Below are positions 8,155 through 19,196 of a stretch of DNA of 48,860 nucleotides, one piece after another. Positions within the stretch are counted from its first letter, which is position 1; the number at the start of each line of letters is the position of its first letter. The notes beneath the pieces were generated by a model. The model saw only the letters and a program-made list of their open reading frames with translations, did no database searches and was not told the origin of the DNA. The position numbers and the translations under genes are program-made. Where the stretch lies: positions 1-48,860 of the forward strand of contig JAVKIH010000003.1 of assembly GCA_031459625.1 (NCBI GenBank). The letters are read 5' to 3'. Source of the stretch: Candidatus Geohabitans tengchongensis (lineage in GTDB: Bacteria; Sysuimicrobiota; Sysuimicrobiia; Sysuimicrobiales; Humicultoraceae).

Positions 8155-8517
8155 ATGGCGCGCCAGCGCAGGGTGCCTCAGCGCATGTGTGTGGCCTGCC
8201 GCCAGATGCGGCCGAAGCGGGCCATGGTCCGCATCGTGCGGACGCCGGCGGGTGAGGTGCGGGTCGACCCCACCGGGAAGGCGGCCGGGCGCGGGGCGTA
8301 CGTCGACCTGACGGCGGCGTGTGTGGAAGAGGCGCTGCGCCACCGACGGCTCGACCACGCCCTGGAGGTGCCGGTCCCCGAGTCGGTGGGGGCGGCGCTG
8401 CGGGAGCTGCTGGCGCGTCCGGCGCCGACGCCGCCAAAGGTGATCAGGATTGCCGCCGGGCAGGGCGCGGCCGGGACGGCGCGCCCGGGCCGCCCGCCGC
8501 GGCAGGGAGGCCGGTAG
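8155..8517 (+). CDS. rnpM: YlxR/RnpM (DUF448) RNA-binding protein
   Basis: PQRMCVACR, DPTGK..GRGAY; position between nusA and infB. Confidence 0.88.
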   Translation: MARQRRVPQRMCVACRQMRPKRAMVRIVRTPAGEVRVDPTGKAAGRGAYVDLTAACVEEALRHRRLDHALEVPVPESVGAALRELLARPAPTPPKVIRIAAGQGAAGTARPGRPPRQGGR

Positions 8518-8520
8518 CGC

Positions 8521-11055
8521 GTGCGGGTCTACGAACTGGCGAAGGACCTGGGGATCGGCACCAAGGAGCTGATGGAGCTGCTCGGACGGATGAAGGTCTC
8601 CGTCAAGAGCCACTCCTCCTCCCTCGACGAGGCCACGGTGCGGCGGGTGCGCGAGCACGTCGCCGCCCACGGCACACGCATGCCCGAGACCCCTCCCCCG
8701 CCAGCGCGGCCGGCCGTGACCACGCCGGCGGGGGAGCGCATCCTCTCCATCCGCAAGATCACGCCGCCCCCGCCGCCAGCGCCCGAGCCGCCCGCGCGTG
8801 AGGGGCGCCCCGCCGAGGCGCCGGCAGCCGCCTCCCCGCCGGCGCCGCCGGCGGTGCCGTCCGTCGAGCCCGCACCGCGCGAGGCGCCCAGAGAGGTGCC
8901 CGCCGAGCGGCCCGCCGCCCGCGCACCGGCCGCGCCCGCGGCGCCGGCACCGGCGGCACCGGCCGCCCAGGCGCCGCCTGCGGCGCCCGCACCGCCCAAG
9001 GTCCCCGCACCCGGACGGGCCGAGCCCATCCGCATCACGCCGGTGAAGCCGCCCCCGCGCGAAGCCGCTCGAGAGGTCCTCACGCCCGAGGAGGTGGCCC
9101 GCGAGCTCTTCGGCCCGGCGCCGCCCGCCCCGCCTGAGGTCCCCCCGAAGCCCCCCGAGGTCCCCGTCCCGCCGCGGCCCGAGGCGCCGCGACGGCCGGA
9201 GCGCCGCCTGCCCCCGCCGCCCCCGCCGCCGCGCCGGTTCCACGCGGAGCGCCGCGGCCGGCGGCCGGAGCCCCGGGTGGCCGAGCCGGTGGAGGCGGCT
9301 GCGCCGGTGGCGCCCAGTGAGGTCGAGCTCACCGGCCCCATCGGCGTGGGGGAGCTGGCGGCGCGCCTGCACCTCCCGGTGGCGGACGTGGTGCGGCGGC
9401 TGCTGGAGCTGGGGGTGCTGGCCGGGGTGAACCAGCAGCTGCCTATGGATGTGGCCGCCCGCGTGGTCGAGTCGTTCGGCAGCACGGTGGTGAGGCCGCG
9501 CGAGGCGGCGGAGGCGCCGGCGGTGGCGCCGCGCCCGCGCCCGGCGGCGGCCGACCCCGAGGCGGTGCCGCGCGCGCCGGTCGTCACCGTCATGGGCCAC
9601 GTCGACCACGGCAAGACCACCCTGCTCGACGCCATCCGCGCCACCCACGTGGCGGAGCAGGAGGTCGGCGGGATCACCCAGCACATCGGCGCCTCCACGG
9701 CGGACGTGGACGGGCGGCGCGTCGTCTTCATCGACACACCCGGCCACGAGGCCTTCACGGCGCTGCGCGCCCGGGGCGCGCAGGTCACCGACATCGCCGT
9801 GCTGGTCGTGGCCGCCGACGACGGGGTGATGCCGCAGACGGTCGAAGCGATCAACCACGCCCGGGCGGCGGGCGTGCCGATCATCGTGGCCATCAACAAG
9901 GTGGACCTGCCCCAGGCCAACCCCGACCGGGTGAAGCAGCAGCTGGCCGAGCTCGGGCTGGTGCCGGAGGAGTGGGGCGGCGACACCGTCATGGTGCCGG
10001 TCTCCGCCCGGCAGCGCACCGGCCTGCGGGAGCTGCTGGAGATGATCCTGCTGGTGGCCGACCTCCACGACCTCCGGGCCAACCCGCGCAAGCCGGCCCG
10101 CGGGACGGTCCTGGAGGCGCGGCTCGACCGCGGCCGCGGGCCGGTGGCCACCGTGCTGGTCCAGGAGGGGACGCTGCGCGTGGGCGACGCCATCGTCGCC
10201 GGGGAGGTGGCGGGGCGGGTCCGGGCGCTGCTGGACGAGCGCGGGCAGCGCGTGGGCGAGGCGGGTCCCTCCATGGCCGTGGAGGTGCTGGGGCTGGAGG
10301 CGGTGCCCACCGCCGGCGACCTGCTGGAGGTGGTGCGCGACGAGCGCCTGGCCAAGGCGCTGGCCGAGGAGCGTCGCGAGCGGCGGCGGGCCGCGGAGAC
10401 CGCGGCACGCCCCGGCGTGGTGGAGGAGCTTACCGCCGAGGGGCGCCGGGAGCTGCGGCTGATCCTGAAGGCCGACGTCCACGGCTCGGTGGAGGCCCTG
10501 CAGGGCGCCCTGGCGCGGCTGGAGGTCCCGGACGTGCGCCTGACCATCCTGCACACCGGCGTGGGGGCCATCACCGAGTCGGACGTCATGCTGGCGGCGG
10601 CCAGCCGGGCGGTGGTCGTCGGCTTCAACGTCCGGCCCGACCCGGCGGTGCGCAAGCTGGCCGAGCAGGAGCAGGTGGAGATCCGCCTCTACCGGATCAT
10701 CTACGAGGCGCTGGAGGACATTGAGCAGCTCCTGCGCGGGCTCATGGCGCCCAAGGTCGAGGAGGTGGTGCTGGGGCGCGCGGAGGTGCGCGCCACCTTC
10801 GCCATCCCGCGCGTCGGCACCGTGGCGGGGTGCTACGTCGCCACGGGCCGGATGGTGCGCGGCGCCCAGGTGCGGCTGCTGCGCGACGGCGCCGTGGTCT
10901 ACGAGGGGCGCATCGCCTCCCTGCGCCGCTTCAAGGAGGACGTGCGCGAGGTGCCGGAGGGGTTCGAGTGCGGCATCGGCCTGGAGCGCTTCCAGGACGT
11001 GAAGGTGGGGGACGTCATCGAGGCCTACGAGGTGCGGGAGGTCCCGGCGGCGTAG
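8521..11055 (+). CDS. infB: Translation initiation factor IF-2
   Basis: RVYELAK N-domain; [39 protein letters not shown]-terminus. Confidence 0.97.
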   Translation: MRVYELAKDLGIGTKELMELLGRMKVSVKSHSSSLDEATVRRVREHVAAHGTRMPETPPPPARPAVTTPAGERILSIRKITPPPPPAPEPPAREGRPAEAPAAASPPAPPAVPSVEPAPREAPREVPAERPAARAPAAPAAPAPAAPAAQAPPAAPAPPKVPAPGRAEPIRITPVKPPPREAAREVLTPEEVARELFGPAPPAPPEVPPKPPEVPVPPRPEAPRRPERRLPPPPPPPRRFHAERRGRRPEPRVAEPVEAAAPVAPSEVELTGPIGVGELAARLHLPVADVVRRLLELGVLAGVNQQLPMDVAARVVESFGSTVVRPREAAEAPAVAPRPRPAAADPEAVPRAPVVTVMGHVDHGKTTLLDAIRATHVAEQEVGGITQHIGASTADVDGRRVVFIDTPGHEAFTALRARGAQVTDIAVLVVAADDGVMPQTVEAINHARAAGVPIIVAINKVDLPQANPDRVKQQLAELGLVPEEWGGDTVMVPVSARQRTGLRELLEMILLVADLHDLRANPRKPARGTVLEARLDRGRGPVATVLVQEGTLRVGDAIVAGEVAGRVRALLDERGQRVGEAGPSMAVEVLGLEAVPTAGDLLEVVRDERLAKALAEERRERRRAAETAARPGVVEELTAEGRRELRLILKADVHGSVEALQGALARLEVPDVRLTILHTGVGAITESDVMLAAASRAVVVGFNVRPDPAVRKLAEQEQVEIRLYRIIYEALEDIEQLLRGLMAPKVEEVVLGRAEVRATFAIPRVGTVAGCYVATGRMVRGAQVRLLRDGAVVYEGRIASLRRFKEDVREVPEGFECGIGLERFQDVKVGDVIEAYEVREVPAA

Positions 11056-11150
11056 CGCCGGCTCCGGCGGCGGGCACCCCGCTGCCCGCGTCTGCGGCGG
11101 CCGCAGGCCGCGGGCTGGCGGACCTGACGGCACCGGGCGAGACGGGGACC

Positions 11151-11432
11151 ATGGTCATCGGCGTGCTGCGGGCGGAGCTGGCGCTGGACGGGACCCGGAG
11201 CCTGAAGGACAAGCGGCGCATCGTGAAGAGCCTCCTCGACCGCGCCCAGCGCCACTACCGCGTCGCCGCGGCCGAGGTCGACCAGCAGGACTCCTGGCGC
11301 CGGGCGGTGCTGGGCTTCGCCTGCGTCTCCGCCCGGGGGGACCATGCCCAGCAGATCCTCCACCGCCTGGTGGGGTGGATCGAGCGCGAGACCGGCGCTC
11401 ACCTGATCGACTACTCCATCGAGATCCTTTGA
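11151..11432 (+). CDS. DUF503 (YlxP) family protein
   Basis: SLKDKRRIVKSL..AAAEVDQQD motif; conserved position after infB. Confidence 0.88.
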   Translation: MVIGVLRAELALDGTRSLKDKRRIVKSLLDRAQRHYRVAAAEVDQQDSWRRAVLGFACVSARGDHAQQILHRLVGWIERETGAHLIDYSIEIL

Positions 11433-11460
11433 GGAGGGGCCGGGCGACCCCGGGGGGACC

Positions 11461-11886
11461 ATGGCCAGTCCACTGCGCCGGGAGAAGCTGCGGGAACTCT
11501 TCAAGGCCGAGGCCAGCGATGTGCTGCAGCGCCAGCTGCGCGACCCGCGCATCGGCTTCGTCTCGGTCACCGACGTGGAGCTGAGCGCCGACCTGCGCCA
11601 CGCCAAGATCTTCGTCAGCGTGCTGGGCAGCGCCGAGGAGAAGCAGCAGACCATGGCGGCGCTGGAGCGCGCCACCGGCTTCGTCCGCTCCGAGCTGGGG
11701 CGGCGGATCAAACTGCGCCACACTCCGGAGATCCTCTTCCGCCTCGACGAGTCGATCGAGCGCGGCACGCGCGTGGTCGCCCTGCTGCGCCAGGTCGCCG
11801 GCGAGCGTCCCCGCGGCGGGGCGGGCGGGACCGGCGAGCCCGGCGGGACGGACCCGGGTGGCGCGGCCGGGGCGTCCCCGCCGTGA
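11461..11886 (+). CDS. rbfA: 30S ribosome-binding factor A
   Basis: DPRIGFVSVTDVELSADLRHAKIFVS, LRHTPEILFRLD. Confidence 0.94.
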   Translation: MASPLRREKLRELFKAEASDVLQRQLRDPRIGFVSVTDVELSADLRHAKIFVSVLGSAEEKQQTMAALERATGFVRSELGRRIKLRHTPEILFRLDESIERGTRVVALLRQVAGERPRGGAGGTGEPGGTDPGGAAGASPP

Positions 11887-12923
11887 TGGGCCCCGCCGCC
11901 TCCGTCCAGGCCGGCACCGTCCGCCATGCCATCGCCCGGGCGCTGCGTGCCGCCCGGCGCGTCCTGCTGGTGGCGCACGTGGACCCTGACGGCGACACGC
12001 TCGGCGGGACGCTCGCGCTGGCCCTGGCGCTGCGGGACCTCGGGGTGGAGGCGGTGGTGGGCAGCCCGGGCGGCGTGCCGCCGGTCTTCGCCTTCCTACC
12101 CGGCGCCGGCGAGGTGGTGACGGCGCTGCCCGACGAGGCCCGCTTCGACGTGGCGGTGGCCATGGAGTGCGGGACGCTGGAGCGGTGCGGGGCCTTCGCC
12201 GCCCACGTGAGCCGGACGCCGCTCGTCGTCGTCATCGACCACCACGAGAGCGCCGTCCCCTTCGGCCACCTCAACGACATCGACCCGCAGGCGGCCGCGG
12301 TGGGCGAGATGGTGGCCGCGCTGCTGGAGACCCTGGAGGTCCCGCTCACCCCGCCGGTGGCCACCGCGCTGCTCACCGCCGTGGCCACCGACACCGGCGT
12401 CTTCCGCTTCCCCACCGTCCGGCCGGCCACGCTGCGGCTGGCCGCGCGGCTGCTGGAGGCCGGCGCCCCCCTGGACCGCATCGTGCGCGAGGTCTACGAG
12501 AACCGCACCCCCGCCGCGGCGCGGCTGCTCGGCCTGGCGCTGGCCCGGATGGTCGTCACCCTCGACGGGGCGGTGGCCTACACGGTGGTGACCGACGCCC
12601 TGCGCCGCGAGGGCGGGGCGGAGGGGGAGGAGACGGTCGGGGTGATCGGCCTGCTGCGGGCCGTCCGTGGGGTGCGGCTGGCGGCGCTCTTCGAGGAGAC
12701 CGACGCCGGGGTGCGGGTGAGCCTGCGCTCCCGCGACGGGGTGCGGTCCCACGCCATCGCCGCCCGGTTCGGGGGTGGGGGGCATCCGGGTGCGGCCGGA
12801 TGCCTCCTGCCGGGACCGCTCCCCGAGGCGGTGGCTCGGGTGCTCGAGGCCGCCGCCGAGGAGGTGCGCCTGGCGGCGCTGGGGGCCGGTGCCTCCCGGC
12901 CCGTGGAGGAAGACCTGCCCTGA
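11883..12923 (+). CDS. nrnA: DHH/DHHA1 phosphoesterase (nanoRNase/pAp phosphatase NrnA-like)
   Basis: HVDPDGD, IDHH, TDTGxF, SLRS, GGGGH; GTGA overlap with rbfA. Confidence 0.88.
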   Translation: MMGPAASVQAGTVRHAIARALRAARRVLLVAHVDPDGDTLGGTLALALALRDLGVEAVVGSPGGVPPVFAFLPGAGEVVTALPDEARFDVAVAMECGTLERCGAFAAHVSRTPLVVVIDHHESAVPFGHLNDIDPQAAAVGEMVAALLETLEVPLTPPVATALLTAVATDTGVFRFPTVRPATLRLAARLLEAGAPLDRIVREVYENRTPAAARLLGLALARMVVTLDGAVAYTVVTDALRREGGAEGEETVGVIGLLRAVRGVRLAALFEETDAGVRVSLRSRDGVRSHAIAARFGGGGHPGAAGCLLPGPLPEAVARVLEAAAEEVRLAALGAGASRPVEEDLP

Positions 12924-12933
12924 GGCCGGAACC

Positions 12934-13848
12934 GTGGACGCCGTCCTGAACGTCCTCAAGCCCCCGGGGATGACCTCCCACGACGTTGTGGACGTGGTGC
13001 GGCGCCTGGTGCGCCAGCGCCGGGTGGGACACACGGGCACGCTCGATCCCTCGGCGGCCGGTGTCCTCGTCCTGGTGCTGGGCCGGGCCACGCGCATCGC
13101 GGAGTTCCTCACGCTCTCGGACAAGGCCTACCGTGTGGAAGTGACGTTCGGCATCGCCACCGACACCGGGGACGCCTTCGGCGCCGTCACCGGGACGGCC
13201 GACGCCTCGGGGGTGACGGCCGCCGCGGTGGAAGCCCACCTCCCCCGCTTCACCGGGGAGGTCGAGCAGGTGCCCCCGATGGCCTCCGCCATCAAGGTCG
13301 AAGGGCGGCGCCTCTACGAGCGGGCCCGCCGGGGCGAGGTGGTGGCGGTACCCCCGCGCCGCGTCGTCATCCACCGGCTGGCCCTGGTGGACTTCTGGGG
13401 CGGTACCCACCCGCGCGCGCTGCTGGACGTGGAGTGCTCCAAGGGGACCTATATCCGTGCCCTGGCCCGCGACCTGGGCGCGGCCCTGGGGGTGGGCGGG
13501 CACGCCTCCTTCATGCTGCGCCGCCGGGTCGGGCCCTTCACGCTGGAGGAGAGCCTGACGCTGGAGGAGCTCGGGGCCCTGCAGGCCTCAGGCACCCTGG
13601 AGCAGGCGGCGGTGTCGATGGACCAGGCGCTGCGCGACCTCCCCGCCGTGGACCTCCTGCCCGGCCAGCGCCGGCAGGTCCTGGAGGGCACCCCCCTGCC
13701 GCTCTTCCGGGTGCCCGGGTGGCAGCACCTCCCGCCCGACCGCCCGGTGCGGCTGCGCGACGAGCAGGGGCTCGTGGCCCTCGCGCGGGTGGAGCACGGG
13801 CGCCTGCGTCCCTTCAAGGTGCTGCGGGGCGGCACCCCGCCGCCCTGA
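12934..13848 (+). CDS. truB: tRNA pseudouridine(55) synthase
   Basis: KPPGMTSHDVV, GHTGTLDP, QVPPM.SA.K, CSKGTYIR; GTG start 12934. Confidence 0.94.
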   Translation: MDAVLNVLKPPGMTSHDVVDVVRRLVRQRRVGHTGTLDPSAAGVLVLVLGRATRIAEFLTLSDKAYRVEVTFGIATDTGDAFGAVTGTADASGVTAAAVEAHLPRFTGEVEQVPPMASAIKVEGRRLYERARRGEVVAVPPRRVVIHRLALVDFWGGTHPRALLDVECSKGTYIRALARDLGAALGVGGHASFMLRRRVGPFTLEESLTLEELGALQASGTLEQAAVSMDQALRDLPAVDLLPGQRRQVLEGTPLPLFRVPGWQHLPPDRPVRLRDEQGLVALARVEHGRLRPFKVLRGGTPPP

Positions 13849-13868
13849 CGCGGGTCCGACCCGAGGGC

Positions 13869-14846
13869 GTGGACGTCTACCGCGGTCTGGAGGCCTTCGT
13901 CCACGACGGCCGGCCGGTGGTGGTGGCGCTCGGCACCTTCGACGGCGTCCACCTGGGCCACCAGGCCGTCCTGGGGCAGGCCCGCGCCGCCGCCTCCGCC
14001 CGCGGCGGGCGCAGCGTCGCCCTGACCTTCGACCCGCACCCCCAGCGGGTCGTCGCACCGCCCGCCGGGCCCTTCCTCCTGACCACCCTGGAGGAGCGCC
14101 TCGAGCTGCTGGCGGCGCTGGGACTCGACGCCGCGGTCGTGGTGACCTTCGACGACGCCCTGCGCCGGACGCCGCCGGAGGGGTGGGTGGAGCGGCTCGT
14201 GGGCACGCTGCGTCCGGTGGAGGTGGTGACAGGGACCACCTACCGGTACGGGCGCGACCGGGCGGGGACCGTCGAGGACCTGGCCGCCTCCGGCCGCCGG
14301 TACGGGTTTACTGTCACCGCCGTCCCTCCGACGCTGGCCGGCGGCGCGCCCGTGAGCAGCACCCGTATCCGCGGCCTCCTGCGGGACGGGGCAGTGGAGG
14401 AAGCAGGGCAGCTACTGGGCCGTCCCTACGCCGTGCGCGGCCGGGTGGTGCCCGGTGATGGGCGCGGCAGGCGTCTCGGATTCCCCACGGCCAACCTCCA
14501 CCCCCCTGCGGAGAAGCTCCTGCCGGGGCCGGGGGTCTATGCCGGGCTGGCCCGCCTGCAGGGAGCGGGCGGAGGGGAAGCGCCGGCGCCCGGGTGGGCC
14601 GCCGCGGTGAATGTCGGCACGCGCCCCACCTTTGGCGCGGGGCCGCTCACCGTGGAGGCCTACCTGCTCGACTTCTCGGGGGACCTCTACGGCCGGGAGG
14701 TGGAGGTGGCCTTCCTGCGCCGGCTCCGCGACGAGGCGGCCTTCGGCCGGGTGGAGGACCTGGTCCGGCAAATCGCCGAGGACGTGCGGCAGGTGCGTGC
14801 GCTCCTGGCCGCCTCCGGGCGGGGCACTCTCGGTCCGGGGCGGTGA
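13869..14846 (+). CDS. ribF: Bifunctional riboflavin kinase/FAD synthetase
   Basis: [44 protein letters not shown]. Confidence 0.94.
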   Translation: MDVYRGLEAFVHDGRPVVVALGTFDGVHLGHQAVLGQARAAASARGGRSVALTFDPHPQRVVAPPAGPFLLTTLEERLELLAALGLDAAVVVTFDDALRRTPPEGWVERLVGTLRPVEVVTGTTYRYGRDRAGTVEDLAASGRRYGFTVTAVPPTLAGGAPVSSTRIRGLLRDGAVEEAGQLLGRPYAVRGRVVPGDGRGRRLGFPTANLHPPAEKLLPGPGVYAGLARLQGAGGGEAPAPGWAAAVNVGTRPTFGAGPLTVEAYLLDFSGDLYGREVEVAFLRRLRDEAAFGRVEDLVRQIAEDVRQVRALLAASGRGTLGPGR

Positions 14847-14881
14847 GGCCGGACCGGGGCCGGCCCGCGAGGGACCGGCTG

Positions 14882-14890
14882 TGCTACAAT
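14882..14890 (+). promoter_or_regulatory. Extended -10 promoter for rpsO-pnp
   Basis: TG-C-TACAAT about 170 nt upstream of the rpsO ATG. Confidence 0.55.
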
Positions 14891-15061
14891 GGCCGGTGGC
14901 CCCGGCGGGGAGTCCCGCAGCTCCGGCGGTCTCTCGGCCGATGGCGACGATTCGAGGCCGGCCTGCCCCCGGCAGGCGGCAGCGACCCCCCGCCACCGCC
15001 CGGCGGCCTGGCGGGCAGCCGTCCCCGTCGTGGACATCCTGAGGGGAGGAGCGCGTCTCCC

Positions 15062-15331
15062 ATGGCGCTCAATGCGGAGATCAAGCAGCGCATCGTGCAG
15101 GCGCATGGCCGCCACGAGCGCGACACCGGGTCGGCGGAGGTTCAGATCGCCCTGCTGACCGAGCGGATCAACCAGCTCACCGAGCACCTCAAACAGCACA
15201 AGAAGGACTTCCACTCCCGGCGGGGGCTGCTGAAGATGGTGGGCAAGCGGCGGCGCCTGCTGGCCTACCTGATGCGCCACGACCCCCCTCGGTACCGCGA
15301 GGTGGTCGAGCGGCTGGGTCTGCGTCGATGA
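15062..15331 (+). CDS. rpsO: 30S ribosomal protein S15
   Basis: [35 protein letters not shown]; 89 aa. Confidence 0.97.
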   Translation: MALNAEIKQRIVQAHGRHERDTGSAEVQIALLTERINQLTEHLKQHKKDFHSRRGLLKMVGKRRRLLAYLMRHDPPRYREVVERLGLRR

Positions 15332-15412
15332 GGCGGCGGCAAGGGCCGGGAGTGTCCCGCGGGCGGGGGCCAGAGCGTCCCCGCCGTCGCGTGTCTGGAG
15401 CGATCTAGGAGG

Positions 15413-17806
15413 GTGATGATGGCCGTTACGACGGTGCGACAGGTGGAACTGCAGGTCGGCGGGCGGACGCTGGCCTTCGAGACGGGCCTGCTGGCGCAGC
15501 AGGCGGACGGGTCGGTGGTGGTGCGCTACGGCGACAGCGTCGTCCTGGTGACGGCGACGGCCTCGCGCCAGCCGCGGGAGGGCATCGACTTCCTCCCGCT
15601 CACCTGCGACTACGAGGAGCGCATGTACGCCGCCGGCAAGATCCCCGGCGGGTTCTTCAAGCGGGAGGGGCGGCCCGGGGAGAGCGCCATCCTCTCGGCG
15701 CGCCTGATGGACCGGCCGATCCGGCCGCTCTTCCCCAAGGGGCTGCGCAACGACGTCCAGGTGATCGCCACCGTGCTCTCCACCGACCAGGCCAATGACC
15801 CGGCGATCCTGGCGGTGAACGGCGCCTCCGCGGCGCTGATGCTCTCCGGCCTCCCCTTCGGGGGTCCGGTGGGGGCGGTGCGGGTGGGGCTGATCGACGG
15901 GCGCTTCGTCCTCAACCCCACGCTGCGGCAGATCGAGGAGGAGTCAGACCTCGACCTGGTGGTGGCCGGCACCGCCGACGCCATCATCATGGTCGAGGCC
16001 GGGGCGGGGGAGGTCCCGGAGGAGACGGTGCTGGAGGCCTTCGACCTGGCGCACCAGGAGATCCGCCGCATTGTGGAGATCCAGCACCGCCTGGTGGAGC
16101 TGGCCGGCAAGCCCCCCAGGCCGGTGACCATCGTCCCCGACCCGGACCCGGAGCTGGTGGCGGCGGTGCGCGAGGTGGCGCTGCCGCTGGTGCGCGAGGC
16201 CCTCACCCGGCCGGAGAAGCTGGCGCGCGAGGCCGCCCTGGAGGAGACCGAGCAGGTGGTGACCGCCCGGCTGCTGGAGCAGGCGCCGGAGCGCTTCGCC
16301 GGCCGGGAGGCGGAGATCGGCCCGGCCGTGGAGCAGGTGATCAAGGAGGAGGTGCGGCGCCGCATCCTGGAGGAGGGCGTCCGCCCCGACGGCCGGGGGC
16401 CGCGGGATATCCGGCCGCTGTACATCGCGGTCGGCATCCTGCCCCGGGCGCACGGCTCCGGGCTCTTCCAGCGCGGCCAGACCCAGGTCCTCACCAGCTG
16501 CACGCTCGGCACGGGGGAGGACGAGCAGATCCTCGACAACCTGGGGATCCTGGAGCGCAAGCGCTTCATGCACCACTACGTCTTCCCGCCCTTCAGCGTC
16601 GGTGAGGTGCGGCCGCTGCGCGGCCCGGGACGGCGGGAGATCGGCCACGGCGCTTTGGCGGAGCGGGCGCTGGAGTGGGTCATCCCCGCGGAAGACGTCT
16701 TCCCCTACACCATCCGGCTGGTCTCCGAGGTGCTGGAATCCAACGGCTCCACCTCCATGGCCTCGGTCTGCGGCTCCACCCTGGCGCTGATGGACGCCGG
16801 GGTGCCCATCAAGGCGGCCGTGGGCGGGATCGCCATGGGCCTGGTTACCGCGGGGGAGCGGGCGGCCGTGCTCACCGACATCATCGGCATGGAAGACGCC
16901 ATGGGCGACATGGACTTCAAGGTGGCCGGCACCCGCGACGGCATCACCGCCCTCCAGATGGACATGAAGATCCGGGGGATCTCGCGCGAGCTGCTGGCCC
17001 GGGCGCTGGCCCAGGCGCGGGAGGCGCGCCTGGGCATCCTGGACCGCATGGCCGAGGTCCTGCCTGCGCCGCGCACGACGCTCTCCCCGTACGCGCCGCG
17101 CATCCTCACCATCGAGATCCACCCCGACAAGATCCGCGAGGTCATCGGCCCGGGCGGCAAGGTGATCAACAAGATCACCGCGGAGACCGGGGCGAAGATC
17201 GACATCGAGCAGGACGGGCGCATCCACGTCGCCTCCCCCGACGAGGCGGCGGCGCGGCGGGCCATCCAGATGATCGAGGACATCGTCCGCGAGGTGAAGG
17301 TGGGCGAGATCTACCTGGGCCGCGTCACCCGGCTGATGAACTTCGGGGCCTTCGTCGAGGTCCTGCCCGGGAAGGAGGGGCTCGTGCACATCTCCGAGCT
17401 GGGCGACGGGCGGGTCGAGCGCGTGGAGGACGTCGTCAAGGTCGGCGACGAGCTGCTGGTGCGCGTCAAGGAGATCGACAACCTGGGGCGCATCAACCTG
17501 ACCCGGCGCGGCGTGGAGGGCGGGCCGGAGGTCCCTGCCGGGGCGGGGGCGGCGGCGAGCGACCGGCCACGCGGGGAGGGAGGCCGGGGCGGTCCGGGTG
17601 GCGGACGGGGTCGGCGACGCCGTCGCGGCGGCCGCGGCGGCGGCCAGGGTGGTGGTCCAGCCGGCGGCCCGGGCGGCGGCCGGTCGGGCGGTGGCCCGGG
17701 CGGCCGCGCTGCCGGAAGCGGAGCGGGCCGGGGCCCGGGCCGGACGGCGGCCGGCCGGCCTGCTGGCGGCGGCCCGCGCAGCGGAGAGGGATCCCCGCCG
17801 GCCTGA
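15413..17806 (+). CDS. pnp: Polyribonucleotide nucleotidyltransferase with Gly/Arg-rich tail
   Basis: [41 protein letters not shown] and S1 domains. Confidence 0.97.
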   Translation: MMMAVTTVRQVELQVGGRTLAFETGLLAQQADGSVVVRYGDSVVLVTATASRQPREGIDFLPLTCDYEERMYAAGKIPGGFFKREGRPGESAILSARLMDRPIRPLFPKGLRNDVQVIATVLSTDQANDPAILAVNGASAALMLSGLPFGGPVGAVRVGLIDGRFVLNPTLRQIEEESDLDLVVAGTADAIIMVEAGAGEVPEETVLEAFDLAHQEIRRIVEIQHRLVELAGKPPRPVTIVPDPDPELVAAVREVALPLVREALTRPEKLAREAALEETEQVVTARLLEQAPERFAGREAEIGPAVEQVIKEEVRRRILEEGVRPDGRGPRDIRPLYIAVGILPRAHGSGLFQRGQTQVLTSCTLGTGEDEQILDNLGILERKRFMHHYVFPPFSVGEVRPLRGPGRREIGHGALAERALEWVIPAEDVFPYTIRLVSEVLESNGSTSMASVCGSTLALMDAGVPIKAAVGGIAMGLVTAGERAAVLTDIIGMEDAMGDMDFKVAGTRDGITALQMDMKIRGISRELLARALAQAREARLGILDRMAEVLPAPRTTLSPYAPRILTIEIHPDKIREVIGPGGKVINKITAETGAKIDIEQDGRIHVASPDEAAARRAIQMIEDIVREVKVGEIYLGRVTRLMNFGAFVEVLPGKEGLVHISELGDGRVERVEDVVKVGDELLVRVKEIDNLGRINLTRRGVEGGPEVPAGAGAAASDRPRGEGGRGGPGGGRGRRRRRGGRGGGQGGGPAGGPGGGRSGGGPGGRAAGSGAGRGPGRTAAGRPAGGGPRSGEGSPPA

Positions 17807-17841
17807 ACCGCCCCGCCGCCCGCGAGGCGGATCCGGAAGTC

Positions 17842-19131
17842 ATGACGCAGCTCACCGAGCAGACGCGGCTCCCGAACGGCATCCGGGTGATCACCGAGAC
17901 GATGCCGCAGGTGCGCACCGCCGCCCTCGGGGTGTGGATCGGTGCCGGCTCCCGCTACGAGCGCCCCGAGGTCCACGGGATCTCGCACTTCCTCGAGCAC
18001 CTGCTCTTCAAGGGCACCACCAGCCGCACCGCCCTGGACATCGCCCAGCAGGTGGACGCCGTCGGGGGGCAGATGAACGCCTTCACGGACAAGGAGCTGA
18101 CCTGCCTCTACGTGCGCGTCCTGGCCGACCACCTGCCGGTGGTGATGGAGATCATGGCCGACATGCTGTTGCGGTCGGCCTTCGACCCGCAGGCCATCGA
18201 GCGCGAGCGGCAGGTCATCCTGGAGGAGATCAAGAGCTACGAGGACTCCCCCGACGAGCTGGTGCAGGACCTCTTCGCCCAGACCATCTGGAACGGGCAC
18301 CTGCTCGGCCGGCCGGTCATCGGCACGGTGGAGACGGTGCGCCGGCTCGACCGCGACGCCTTCCTGGCCTACGTGGGAGAACGGTACCGCCCCGACAACG
18401 CGGTGGTGGCCGCGGCCGGGGACGTCCTGCACGCCGGGGTCGTCCGCCTGGTCGAGGAGACGCTGGGCGACTGGCAGGGGAGCGCGGTTCCGGTGGCGCC
18501 GGAGGCCCCCGGCACCGACCCGGCCATCGTCGTCCGGACCAAGGCCACCGAGCAGGTGCACCTGGCGCTCGGGGCGCCGGCCCTGCCGCAGGCGCACGAG
18601 CGCCGCTACGTCCTCTCCGTGCTGGACAACCTGCTCGGCGGGGGGATGAGCAGCCGCCTCTTCCAGGAGATCCGGGAGAAGCGGGGGCTCGTCTACACGA
18701 TCACCTCCTACGTGGCCGCCTACCGGGAGGGCGGGCTCTTCGTCATCTACGGGGCGATGAGCCCGGAGACCGCTCCGCAGGTGACGCGGCTCGTCCTCGA
18801 GGAGATCGAGAAGGTGAAGGACGCCGTCCCCGCCGACGAGCTGCGCCGGGCGCGGGAGTCGCTCAAGGGGGCGGTGATGCTCGGGCTGGAGTCGACCGGC
18901 AGCCGCATGGGCAAGCTGGCCCGCTCCGAGCTCTACTACGGGCGGCAGATCTCCCTGGACGAGATCCTGGCGCAGATCGACGCGGTGACGGCCGAGGACG
19001 TGCAGGCGATGGCCCGCGAGCTCCTCGTGCCGGAGCGCATGGCCATGGCGGCCATCGGGCCGTTCCGCACCGACGGCCGGCTGGAGGGGGAGCTGCGGGA
19101 GGCGCTGCGGCCGGGAGCGGCGGTGGCGTAG
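17842..19131 (+). CDS. M16 family zinc peptidase (pitrilysin/MlpA-like)
   Basis: Inverted zinc motif HFLEH, NAFT, SSRLFQEIREKRGL.Y; ATG 17842. Confidence 0.92.
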   Translation: MTQLTEQTRLPNGIRVITETMPQVRTAALGVWIGAGSRYERPEVHGISHFLEHLLFKGTTSRTALDIAQQVDAVGGQMNAFTDKELTCLYVRVLADHLPVVMEIMADMLLRSAFDPQAIERERQVILEEIKSYEDSPDELVQDLFAQTIWNGHLLGRPVIGTVETVRRLDRDAFLAYVGERYRPDNAVVAAAGDVLHAGVVRLVEETLGDWQGSAVPVAPEAPGTDPAIVVRTKATEQVHLALGAPALPQAHERRYVLSVLDNLLGGGMSSRLFQEIREKRGLVYTITSYVAAYREGGLFVIYGAMSPETAPQVTRLVLEEIEKVKDAVPADELRRARESLKGAVMLGLESTGSRMGKLARSELYYGRQISLDEILAQIDAVTAEDVQAMARELLVPERMAMAAIGPFRTDGRLEGELREALRPGAAVA

Positions 19132-19196
19132 TCGTCCGGGCACAGGGGCCCGGCCCGGGGCCGCTCCGGTCGGCTCCGCGGGAGCCGGGGGAAGGC

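Noticed and set aside
6835..11133. 1432-aa minus-strand ORF (also 42333..45236, 26722..29037, 22901..25039 and similar)
   Set aside because: Antisense shadows of well-supported genes; strong GC3 bias removes stops; no motifs.
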